64,000 nucleotides of DNA from an uncultured delta proteobacterium. Its GTDB lineage: Bacteria > Desulfobacterota > RBG-13-43-22. Where the stretch lies: contig CAWBOS010000012.1 in the NCBI GenBank assembly GCA_963790475.1, positions 320,001 through 384,000 on the forward strand, written 5' to 3'. The position numbers and the translations under genes are program-made. Positions 1-8,269 of this stretch are shown piece by piece. Each line of letters starts with the position of its first letter. Within the stretch, counting starts at the first letter, position 1. The notes below the pieces were generated by a model, which was given only the letters and a program-made list of their open reading frames with translations, was not told the origin of the DNA and searched no databases.

Positions 1-532
1 CGGCGGCGTATTTCATGGCGCCGTGAAAGAGAGGAGCGAATAAAAATCCGATTCCAATTTCACGTATACATCTTTCAACTTCCTGAGGGGTGATGTCGAG
101 TTTGACCCCCAGGTTTTCCAAAACATCCGCGCTTCCACATCGGCTGGAAACGGCCCTGTTCCCGTGCTTGGCGACCTTGACACCTCCTCCGGCGGCCAAA
201 AGGGCGGTAGCGGTCGAAACGTTAAAGGTGTTGGTCCCGTCTCCGCCGGTCCCGCAAGTGTCCAGTATCGTCTCCGCATCGATATTGATCTCATCACGGT
301 CAAGGCTCAATGAGGTATCGATCACGTTGATCTTAGTAGCCTTTTCCCGCATCACCCGTGCCGCGCCGACGATCTCATCCACCGTTTCTCCTTTCATCCT
401 GAGGGCCGTAATAAAGGCCCCGATCTGGGCCGGAGTCGCTTCCCCGCTCATGATTTCATTCATGACCGTTTCCATCTCCATCTGGCTCAAGTCCTCTTTG
501 TTTACGACCTTCCCGATCGCTCCCTGAATCAT
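1..532 (-). CDS. trpD: Anthranilate phosphoribosyltransferase, 5' part (runs off the window start; absent from the ORF track)
   Basis: Manual minus-strand translation from ATG at 532: [17 protein letters not shown]...[15 protein letters not shown]...DTCGTGGD...FNVST...[20 protein letters not shown]; AAGGAGG RBS 7 nt upstream; lies downstream of trpE(G). Confidence 0.95.
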   Translation of the reverse strand, partial: MIQGAIGKVVNKEDLSQMEMETVMNEIMSGEATPAQIGAFITALRMKGETVDEIVGAARVMREKATKINVIDTSLSLDRDEINIDAETILDTCGTGGDGTNTFNVSTATALLAAGGGVKVAKHGNRAVSSRCGSADVLENLGVKLDITPQEVERCIREIGIGFLFAPLFHGAMKYAA

Positions 533-559
533 TTCGCATCCTCCTTTAACTAAAAATCC

Positions 560-645
560 GGTCTAAGGTCCAAGGTGTAAGGTATTCGATTTTACCTTAA
601 ACCTTAAACCGTAAACCGTGAACCTTGAACCTTAAACTTCGAACC
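560..645. repeat. Degenerate 7-bp tandem repeats arranged as an inverted pair (AAGGTNN / NNACCTT)
   Basis: ggtctaaggtccaaggtgtaaggt ... accttaaaccttaaaccgtaaaccgtgaaccttgaacc; related arrays at 6486-6554 and 9449-9502. Confidence 0.7.
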
Positions 646-2788
646 TTTTTCGTCCTAACATCCGCACCACATTAGTGAGTAGCTTTAAACCCAGATCGTC
701 CTTGAGGGTCATGATAGATTCCGGATGAAATTGCACGGCCGCCATCGGCAGCTCTTTATGGGCAATTCCCATTACCACCTGGTCATCGCTTATGGCCGTT
801 TTTTCCAAACAGGAAGGCAGGGCTTCCGTCTCCGCAAAGATAGAGTGATATCGTCCGGCCCTAAAGGTCTCCGGGAACCCTTCAAAGATCCCTTTCCGGT
901 TATTCCGGATCATCGAAGGTTTTCCGTGCATCGGATAATCCAGAAGACCGAGTTTTCCACCAAAGGCCTCGACCATCCCTTGCAGACCTAAACAGACCCC
1001 AAATACCGGCAGGTTCCGTTCAACACAGGCCTTGACCAGGTCAGCCACACCGAAATCGGAAGGGCGGCCCGGACCGGGAGAGAGAAAAATCATATCCCAC
1101 TTCTCCTTTTCCAGGATCTCCAGCGGGAAGCCGGCCCGCAAAGTAACAACCTGGGCCCCGGTCTGACGGACGTAATTGGCCAGTGTATGCACAAAGGAGT
1201 CCTGATGATCCACAAAAAGGATTTTGGGCGGCCTTCCCTCGGGAGAATGGGGAATGAATGGTATCCGCTCCGGCGGTTTTTTCCCTAAAATGGCGTCGAT
1301 AAAGGCCGAGGCCTTAATGCGGGTCTCTTTTTCTTCTTCATCCGGGTCCGAGTCTACCAGAAGGGTCGCACCGACCCTTACCTTGGCCATCCCGTCTTTC
1401 AGATGGATAGTACGAATGGTAATGCCGGTATTCAAGTTGCCGTTAAAGCTGATAAAGCCTATGGCGCCCCCATACCATTCCCGCGGCGAATTTTCCAGGT
1501 CTTCAATTCGCTGCATGGCGGCCTTTTTGGGGGCTCCGGTCAAAGTAACCGCCCACATATGGGATAAAAAGGCGTCCAGAGAATCGCAATCTTCCCGCAA
1601 GGTCCCGGTCACATGATCGACCGTATGGAAGAGACGGGAATAGGTTTCAATAAGGCGGCGGCCCTTCAAGTGCACAGTTCCGGGTTTACAGATGCGTGAT
1701 TTATCATTGCGATCCACATCCGTAACCATGGTCAGTTCGGATTCATCTTTAATTGAATTGAGCAAGGAACGAATCTGGTCCGAATCTTCCATGGCGTCCT
1801 TTCCCCGGGAGATGGTTCCGGAGATGGGACAGGTTTCCACAAAATCCCCATCCACCCGCACAAACATTTCTGGTGAGGAACCAACCAGTTGCTCGTCTCC
1901 CATATTAATTAAAAATTCGTAAGGGCTGGGGTTGACCTTCCGGACTACATTAAACAAGTCCCCCGGTGTTCCGGCATAACCGGTATAAAAAAGCTGACTG
2001 GGGACAACTTCGAAGAAATCACCCTTCCGGCAACCCTCCTGGACCTGGCGAACCTTATCGGCATATTCTCCCGGTCCGTGATCCACCTTGATTTCACCGG
2101 GTGTGCCGCGTTTAATCTCTATCACTTCTCCCTTCCGTTCTACTCCCACTGTGTCCTGTCCATTAAAAATAAAATCATAGCGTCTTCTTTCGGCAACCTC
2201 TTTACGATGATCGACCAGGATTAGTTCATCGGGCAGGAACAGGTGCGCCTCCTTATAAAAGGCTGGGCGTCTATGTTTCAATCGAATCGGTTCGAATTGA
2301 AAGGCCAGATCATAACCAAAGGCTCCGTATAACCCGAGATGAGGATCGGCATCAGAACCGAATACCTTAATCATCGTACGGATAATGGAAAAGAAACTGG
2401 GTTGTTTACTGCGCTCCTCTTCGGAGAAATGACCGGACAGGGGGACAATCTTTCCTGTTATTCCGGTATCGGTTTTTTCGATCTCCTGCAAATGGGGATT
2501 TTGGGTAAGGGGCTGGTTAAGAAAATTTATCAGGATTTTCCCCCGGTCATTCAGGGCCTCCAGACGGAATTTCCGGTCGTAACCGATGATCTGAAGCGGA
2601 GGATTTATAAAGGCGATATCCCAGCGGCTGTATCTTCCCGGATATTCATAGCCACTGGCAAAGACAGCGCCTTTGAATTGGTCGATGCCGGCCAGGGGAA
2701 TTTTAAGCGCCGATTTATAGGGCAATACTTCAACACTTCGGAGAACCTTTATCCCGGTACCGGTTACGTAGAGATCGTTCATGGTCAA
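632..2788 (-). CDS. trpE: Fused anthranilate synthase component I+II (TrpE-TrpG)
   Basis: Chorismate-binding motifs (NPSPY, SSPEMFV, PISGT, GAPKKAAM, WYGGAIG) followed by a class I glutamine amidotransferase domain (LSPGPG, GVCLGLQ, QFHPES). Confidence 0.95.
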   Translation of the reverse strand: MTMNDLYVTGTGIKVLRSVEVLPYKSALKIPLAGIDQFKGAVFASGYEYPGRYSRWDIAFINPPLQIIGYDRKFRLEALNDRGKILINFLNQPLTQNPHLQEIEKTDTGITGKIVPLSGHFSEEERSKQPSFFSIIRTMIKVFGSDADPHLGLYGAFGYDLAFQFEPIRLKHRRPAFYKEAHLFLPDELILVDHRKEVAERRRYDFIFNGQDTVGVERKGEVIEIKRGTPGEIKVDHGPGEYADKVRQVQEGCRKGDFFEVVPSQLFYTGYAGTPGDLFNVVRKVNPSPYEFLINMGDEQLVGSSPEMFVRVDGDFVETCPISGTISRGKDAMEDSDQIRSLLNSIKDESELTMVTDVDRNDKSRICKPGTVHLKGRRLIETYSRLFHTVDHVTGTLREDCDSLDAFLSHMWAVTLTGAPKKAAMQRIEDLENSPREWYGGAIGFISFNGNLNTGITIRTIHLKDGMAKVRVGATLLVDSDPDEEEKETRIKASAFIDAILGKKPPERIPFIPHSPEGRPPKILFVDHQDSFVHTLANYVRQTGAQVVTLRAGFPLEILEKEKWDMIFLSPGPGRPSDFGVADLVKACVERNLPVFGVCLGLQGMVEAFGGKLGLLDYPMHGKPSMIRNNRKGIFEGFPETFRAGRYHSIFAETEALPSCLEKTAISDDQVVMGIAHKELPMAAVQFHPESIMTLKDDLGLKLLTNVVRMLGRKRFEV

Positions 2789-2917
2789 GTTCCTTTATCT
2801 CGATATTTCCGTTCAGCGTTCAGCGTTCGGCGAAAACCTGTTTTCATGATTCGTCATTGCCCGCTTCAGGAAGCCATGAAGACTTTGTTGAACGCGGGTT
2901 TCCAAACAACTTCCTCT

Positions 2918-2956
2918 AAAAAACAAAAAAGGCCGCGATTTTTCTTCACGGCCTTT
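2918..2956 (-). terminator. Second intrinsic terminator in the trp leader
   Basis: Minus strand AAAGGCCGTGA-AGAAAAA-TCGCGGCCTTT followed by T-runs. Confidence 0.7.
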
Positions 2957-2965
2957 CGAGTGCGT

Positions 2966-3008
2966 AAATAAAAAAGCCGTGGAGACCTTGAGAGGGCCTC
3001 CACGGCTT
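2966..3008 (-). terminator. trp attenuator terminator hairpin
   Basis: Minus strand AAGCCGTGGAG-GCCCTCTCAAGGT-CTCCACGGCTT followed by TTTTATTT, just downstream of the leader ORF. Confidence 0.85.
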
Positions 3009-3025
3009 ATGATTTTTATATCAGG

Positions 3026-3100
3026 TCAGCAGCGGACGAACCCCTCTCTTGAATCCTGCCACCACCACCAATTATTGCTGACTTTTAATAAGTAATTCAT
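3026..3100 (-). CDS. trpL: trp operon leader peptide MNYLLKVSNNWWWWQDSREGFVRC (24 aa)
   Basis: ATG at 3100, four consecutive TGG codons, TGA at 3026, AAGG upstream; followed by a terminator and then trpE(G). Confidence 0.9.
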   Translation of the reverse strand: MNYLLKVSNNWWWWQDSREGFVRC

Positions 3101-3434
3101 TATTGCCTTTTCAATATTCAAAAAAATTAGGAGGTATTATATCATAGTAATCGTTGGAGTCAATACTTTTTTGCATTTTTTGGATATTTTTTGAGATTGA
3201 CTTTAACTGTTTGTTATGATGTAAATTGTTCAAAACGGGATTAATTTTCTTTAGCCTTCGACCCTTTCACGAAAGGTTGGTCCATGAATGATTCGACAAG
3301 ACCCCGTTCTTTTAAAAAAAGAAATGGGGTTTTGTTTCCGGCACAGGAAGAAATTAATAACCTATATCAATGCTTCATCTTAAAGCGTTTCGTTCTGCGA
3401 AACTTGATGTGCAAAAATCGAGAGGAGAAAGCCA

Positions 3435-5111
3435 ATGGCAGAAGTGAGAGCGGGTAAAATCCTGGTTAAAATACTTAAAGAGGCGGGTGTAAAGTTTATA
3501 TCGGGGATTCATGGCGGCCATCTGTGGCCTCTTTTGAGTGCCCTGGATGAAGACATGAGGATGCTTCATCTCCGGCATGAACAGTCAGGGCCTTATATTT
3601 CGGATGGGTGGGGCAGGACCACGGGCCGTCCCGGGGTTTGCTTCGGGACCGCCGGACCGGGGATGTACAACATGGTTCCCGGATTAGCCCACGCCTTTTT
3701 ATGCAAAAGCCCGGTGGTGGCCATCGCCGGTCAGCATGAGGCCTTTCACGATGGATGGGCCCCCTTCCAGGAAGGTTACGGTGAGGAGGTCTGCAAAAGC
3801 TTTACTAAATGGTCTAAAAGGATCGTTGATCCCCGGACTTTGACCTTTCATCTCCAGAAGGCCCTGAGGGATGCGGTGGCCTATCCTCCCGGGCCGGTAG
3901 TCCTGGAGATCCCGGTGAATGTCCTGGGTAGAAGGGAGGAGGACACCAGGCAAGTGGGGTATATCCCGACCGATCAATGCGCTGATATGAGTAAATCGGG
4001 GGCTGATCCGGTCCTGGTGGAGAAGATGGTGCGCATGTTTCTTGAGGCTAAAAGTCCGGCTATTATCGGGGGAGACGGGATCTACTGGTCAGGGGCCTCG
4101 GAAGAATTGAGGGAATTTGTTGAACTGCTCAATATCCCGGTCATCACCCGGCGGATGGGAAGGGGGGCGGTTCCTGAAGCCCATCCTCTGGCCTTTACCG
4201 GTGCTTTCCGGAGACCCATTCTCAATGGTGCCGATGTGATCGCGGTCTTTGGTCTGCGGATGAGCAATCTGGAACACTATGCCCAACCCCCGACTTATAG
4301 TCACCAGGCCAAATATATCCTGGTGTCGGAGGCCTATGAAGATCTGGAAGCCAGGGTCCCCACTGAGGTCAGGCTCATGGCCAATCCCAGGTTGGTCCTC
4401 AAACAGATGATCGATTGTGCCAAGGATCTGATGAAAGCCAAGCCCGAGCGGGTCGAATGGCTCAAACTGGTAGCCACGGCCAAAGAGGCGGCCCGGGTAA
4501 AGCGGGTCGAGATGGTCCAGGGGGTTCGCCAGGCCCGACCCATCAATCCGAATTTCTTAGCTCAGGAAGTGGTGGATTTCCTCGATGACAGTGCCACCAT
4601 TATCTTAGATTCTTATTCCATGGCCGGTTTTACCACCGACAAGATTGAAGCCAAATTCGCCGGCCAGATCCTGGACGCAGGCACGGACGGAGGGGTCGGC
4701 CACTCGGTGGGGATTGCCATCGGCGCCCAGATGGGCAGACCCGGAAAGCAGGTGCTGGCCTTGCTGGGAGACGGCGGCATAGGTATTTCCGGATTCGATA
4801 TTGAAACCGCTTCCCGGTATAAAATTCCGGCCGTGTACCTCCTTTTCAATAACAGCTCCTGGATAAGCACGGAGTTTCAGAAGGCGACTTTACCCAAGGT
4901 GGATTCCTGGGGGATGCTGCCCGATATTCGTTACGACAAGATGTTTGACGAGGTGGGCTGCCATACCGAGTTTGTTACCGAACCGGAGCAGATCCGTCCC
5001 GCACTGGAGCGGTCTTTTAATTCCGGGAAGACTTCCCTGATTAATGTTATTCCCGATAATACGGTTTTGCCTCCCCAACTGGGCGCCAGCCAGGCCCGGG
5101 CACGCGAGTAA
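3435..5111 (+). CDS. Thiamine diphosphate-dependent enzyme (acetolactate synthase-like / 2-hydroxyacyl-CoA lyase / oxalyl-CoA decarboxylase superfamily)
   Basis: RHEQ catalytic Glu motif, TAGPG, PPGPVVLEIP, ThDP motif GDGG...NNSSW. Confidence 0.85.
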   Translation: MAEVRAGKILVKILKEAGVKFISGIHGGHLWPLLSALDEDMRMLHLRHEQSGPYISDGWGRTTGRPGVCFGTAGPGMYNMVPGLAHAFLCKSPVVAIAGQHEAFHDGWAPFQEGYGEEVCKSFTKWSKRIVDPRTLTFHLQKALRDAVAYPPGPVVLEIPVNVLGRREEDTRQVGYIPTDQCADMSKSGADPVLVEKMVRMFLEAKSPAIIGGDGIYWSGASEELREFVELLNIPVITRRMGRGAVPEAHPLAFTGAFRRPILNGADVIAVFGLRMSNLEHYAQPPTYSHQAKYILVSEAYEDLEARVPTEVRLMANPRLVLKQMIDCAKDLMKAKPERVEWLKLVATAKEAARVKRVEMVQGVRQARPINPNFLAQEVVDFLDDSATIILDSYSMAGFTTDKIEAKFAGQILDAGTDGGVGHSVGIAIGAQMGRPGKQVLALLGDGGIGISGFDIETASRYKIPAVYLLFNNSSWISTEFQKATLPKVDSWGMLPDIRYDKMFDEVGCHTEFVTEPEQIRPALERSFNSGKTSLINVIPDNTVLPPQLGASQARARE

Positions 5112-5133
5112 GTCGGGAAGGAGGATAGGTTCA

Positions 5134-5859
5134 ATGAAGATCGATGAAAAGGAATGCGTGGGGTGTGAACAATGTTTGGCCTACTGCCCCATGGGGGCTA
5201 TCAGTATGGACGAGGAAACTGAAGCCGCGATGATTGACGAGGATGAGTGCGTGGAATGCGGCGTTTGTTTCAGATCCAAGGTGTGTCCGGTGGAGGCTTT
5301 CGAGGAGGAGGTCCATTCCTGGCCCCGTTCCATCCGGGCGGCCTTTTCCAATCCTCTCCTGGTCCACAAAGAAACGCGGGTACCGGGTCGAGGAACAGAG
5401 GAGGCCAAAACCAACGATGTAACCGGGCAGTTCAGAAAGGGCTTTGTCGGCGTCACCACCGAGATGGGCCGACCGGGCCTGGGGGCGAGATTCAACGATG
5501 TGGAGAAGGTGGCCCAGGCCCTGGCCAGGGCCGGCGTGGTCTTCGCTCCCAACAATCCCGTTACCCATTTGATGGTAGATCAGAAAACGGGAAAATTAAA
5601 TGAGGAGATCATCAACGAGAAGGTTTGTTCGGCCATGATAGAAAGCACCACCCCCCTTGAGAATCTCCATGAGGTAATAAAGGAGTTGAAAGGGGTCGCT
5701 CCTCAGATAGAGACCGTATTCAGTCTGACGATTTCAAGCCGGCTGGAGGATGACGGCACGGCGCCATGCGAGAAGGTATTAAAAGACCTTGAGGTGCCCT
5801 TTTACATCAACGGGAAAATCAACGTGGGCCTGGGGCGTCCCCTGTTTAAGGAGGTATAG
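5134..5859 (+). CDS. 4Fe-4S dicluster domain protein with uncharacterised C-terminal domain
   Basis: CVGCEQCLAYCP and CVECGVC...CP motifs; start moved to ATG 5134 after an AGGAGG RBS. Confidence 0.85.
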   Translation: MKIDEKECVGCEQCLAYCPMGAISMDEETEAAMIDEDECVECGVCFRSKVCPVEAFEEEVHSWPRSIRAAFSNPLLVHKETRVPGRGTEEAKTNDVTGQFRKGFVGVTTEMGRPGLGARFNDVEKVAQALARAGVVFAPNNPVTHLMVDQKTGKLNEEIINEKVCSAMIESTTPLENLHEVIKELKGVAPQIETVFSLTISSRLEDDGTAPCEKVLKDLEVPFYINGKINVGLGRPLFKEV

Positions 5860-5861
5860 TT

Positions 5862-6485
5862 ATGACCCATACATTACATAGGCGAGGATCGGAAAAAAGC
5901 TTGGGGAGGGATTACGTCTTGTTGTGCATGGCCGCCAAGGGGATTAATGAAGAAGGCTCTGCTGAAAAAATGCGGGAGTTTCTGAGGATCAACCTGCGCC
6001 ATCAACCGGTCAATGTCGGAGATATGAGAACGGGCAATATGTACAATGTGCCCATAGACGAGATAATGAAAAAAGTCACCAGTACCAGCATTGTCCATGG
6101 CGTTTTCACCGATCAGGAAACGGTGAAGAATGTCCTGAAGGACCTTAAAGAAGCCGATCTGGGCCTGTCCGTCGTGGTCAGCGGCCCTTTTGGCTGTGTG
6201 GGAGAGCTTTGCCGGGCCGCCGGGTTGAGTCCCCATTCTGTCGATTACTCAGGGGCCATCTGGGGGAGAAGGGATAAATTACCAACCGATGAGATACTGG
6301 AAGTGACCACTATGTGCGGTCATGCCATGGTGGCCTCTAACCTGGTCAAGTCCTTGATCGATGAAATAAAGGGCGGGGAGAGAAGCGCCGAAGACGCCGG
6401 TAAGGAACTGGCCAGAATCTGTGAATGTGGGATATTCAACCCGGCCCGTGCCGCAGAGCTTTTAAAGGAACTGGCCTCAAAATAA
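5862..6485 (+). CDS. Hypothetical Cys/His-motif protein (THTLHR...TMCGH...CECGIFNP)
   Basis: 207-aa ORF 2 nt after the ferredoxin gene, AAGGAGG RBS; no family name recognised. Confidence 0.75.
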   Translation: MTHTLHRRGSEKSLGRDYVLLCMAAKGINEEGSAEKMREFLRINLRHQPVNVGDMRTGNMYNVPIDEIMKKVTSTSIVHGVFTDQETVKNVLKDLKEADLGLSVVVSGPFGCVGELCRAAGLSPHSVDYSGAIWGRRDKLPTDEILEVTTMCGHAMVASNLVKSLIDEIKGGERSAEDAGKELARICECGIFNPARAAELLKELASK

Positions 6486-6554
6486 AAGGTGTAAGGTATA
6501 AGGTTTGAGGTTCAAGGTACAAGGTTTAAGGCCTTACACCTTAGACCTTGTACC
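6486..6554. repeat. 7-bp tandem repeats in inverted arrangement
   Basis: aaggtgtaaggtataaggtttgaggttcaaggtacaaggtttaagg / ccttacaccttagaccttgtacc. Confidence 0.75.
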
Positions 6555-6581
6555 GGAATTTTTTAGTTTAGGAGGACTACA

Positions 6582-7760
6582 ATGGGTTTACCATTGGAAG
6601 GAATAAAGATCGTAGATTTTACCCAGTTTCAACAGGGAACCATGTGTACCGAAATGTTGTCGGACTGGGGGGCTGAGGTGATCAAGGTGGAACCCCGCCT
6701 GGTAGGCGAGCCCGGCAGGGGAGGGAACCCCTGGGGTCCTAAGGGGGTCCCCGTTTACTTCGAAGCCTACAACCGGAATAAGAAAAGCATCACGGTCGAT
6801 CTTAAAAAAGAGAAAGGCAAGGAGATTGTCTACCGGCTGGTAAAAAAAGCCGACATCTTTGCCCAGAATTTTCGTCCGGGCGTTGCCGAACGACTGGGTT
6901 TTGGCTATAAAGCCCTCTCAGGCCTGAATCCGAGAATCATCTACCTCTCCGGTTCCGGCTTTGGTTTGAAGGGTCCTATGTGGGATCGCCCCGGGTTTGA
7001 TTCCGTGGGGCAGGCCATGGGAGGGATCATGAGCATCACCGGTCCTCCCGGTTCCCCCGATCAGACCATAGGCGCCGGAATAGGTGATCAGACCGGAGGC
7101 TTTTTACTTAGCTGGGGTGCCCTTCTGGCCATCATTGATCGGGAACGCACCGGCCAGGGCCAGGAAGTCGATGTCTCTCTCATCGGCAGTGTGGTCGCCC
7201 TCCAGGGCGCTACTCTTTTGGCCAATCCCCTGACCGGGCATATTCCTAAAAAAAGTAAAGGCCGCATCACGACCACCATCTTTGCCTGCAGCTTTATGGC
7301 CGCGGACGGGAAGTCCTTCATCATCCAGACCGTCGGCGGGGAAAAGAGGGATAAGGTCTTTGCCATCGCCGGCCTGGACAAAGATCCCAGATTCGACACC
7401 AAGGAAAAAAGGAAAAAGAATCAGGAAGAGATGATTGATGCCTTTCAGGGGGTTTTTTCCACTAAACCGCGGGAGGAGTGGCTGAAGATTCTGGTTGATG
7501 CGGATATTGTCTGCGCGCCGGTCTACAATCATGCCGAGGTCTCGGCCGATCCCCAGGTGATAGCCAACGAATATATTGTTGAAATAAATCATCCCACGGA
7601 AGGACCCATCAGGGTTCTCGGGAACCCCATTCATCTCGGTAAACATAAGGCCAGAATCGGTGTGGCTCCGCTGTTGGGACAGCATACCAATGAGGTTTTA
7701 AAAGAAGCAGGGTACTCCGGGGATGAAATCGCCCGACTGAAAGAAGAAGATGTTGTCTGA
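6582..7760 (+). CDS. CoA-transferase family III (CaiB/BaiF/Frc)
   Basis: GAEVIKVE, NRNKKSITVDLK, NFRPG, RPGFD, catalytic Asp region IGDQTGG, C-terminal APLLGQHT. Confidence 0.93.
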   Translation: MGLPLEGIKIVDFTQFQQGTMCTEMLSDWGAEVIKVEPRLVGEPGRGGNPWGPKGVPVYFEAYNRNKKSITVDLKKEKGKEIVYRLVKKADIFAQNFRPGVAERLGFGYKALSGLNPRIIYLSGSGFGLKGPMWDRPGFDSVGQAMGGIMSITGPPGSPDQTIGAGIGDQTGGFLLSWGALLAIIDRERTGQGQEVDVSLIGSVVALQGATLLANPLTGHIPKKSKGRITTTIFACSFMAADGKSFIIQTVGGEKRDKVFAIAGLDKDPRFDTKEKRKKNQEEMIDAFQGVFSTKPREEWLKILVDADIVCAPVYNHAEVSADPQVIANEYIVEINHPTEGPIRVLGNPIHLGKHKARIGVAPLLGQHTNEVLKEAGYSGDEIARLKEEDVV

Positions 7761-7888
7761 GTTCGGTTTGTAAAACAAAAAAAAGTTCAGAGTTCGGAGT
7801 TCAGAGTTCAGAAAAAGAGCTCAAAGCTGAAAGTTCAACACAAGAAAAATGGCAAAAACAACTTTTGACATAATGGACTTAAAAGAAG

Positions 7889-8138
7889 TCTTCCCCCAAG
7901 CCTGCCCCGGAAAGTTTCAATCCGGGGGTGAAAACCGGGGTCCAGGAGAAGTTTTAGTTATTAAATAATGGATTCCGGATTTCGAGGATGTGTCACAATT
8001 GCAGTTATGTCATTCCATGCAAGCGAAGCGCGACACGGAATCCAGTATTTTCAATAAATTCTGGATACCGGCTTTCGCCGGTATGACGGCTTTGAGGGAC
8101 TTTTATTAATTGCGACACAGCTTCTTCTCCGGAATGAC
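7889..8138. repeat. Nested REP-like palindromic / MITE-like elements
   Basis: GTCATTCC...GGAATCCAG / CTGGATACCGGCTTTCGCCGGTATGAC unit within GATGTGTCACAATT...AATTGCGACACAGC ends, inside an outer unit of the same family; relatives at 17039-17187 and 20844-20921. Confidence 0.75.
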
Positions 8139-8269
8139 ATAATTCGGATTTTGGCGACTTTTTACGAAGCCTTTTACTTCGAATCATCCACATATCGTTG
8201 AACGATTTTTGCATTGTCACAAGTGACCGGGATTTTTTTCACAGTTATCGTATATAAGGAGGTTGGAAG

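Noticed and set aside
13-527. ORF-track entries 13..303 (-) and 90..527 (+)
   Set aside because: Alternative-frame and antisense shadows of trpD, which the track missed because it runs off the window
2790-3230. T-box riboswitch upstream of trpE(G)
   Set aside because: No T-box consensus (AAGGTGGNACC) seen; the Trp-codon leader peptide explains the region
3255-3335. Hairpins upstream of the ThDP gene as a TPP or c-di-GMP riboswitch
   Set aside because: No CTGAGA/ACCTG TPP core or GEMM motif recognisable
6486-6554. Short repeats as a CRISPR array
   Set aside because: Period-7 degenerate units without unique spacers; no cas genes; no CRISPR array seen anywhere in the window
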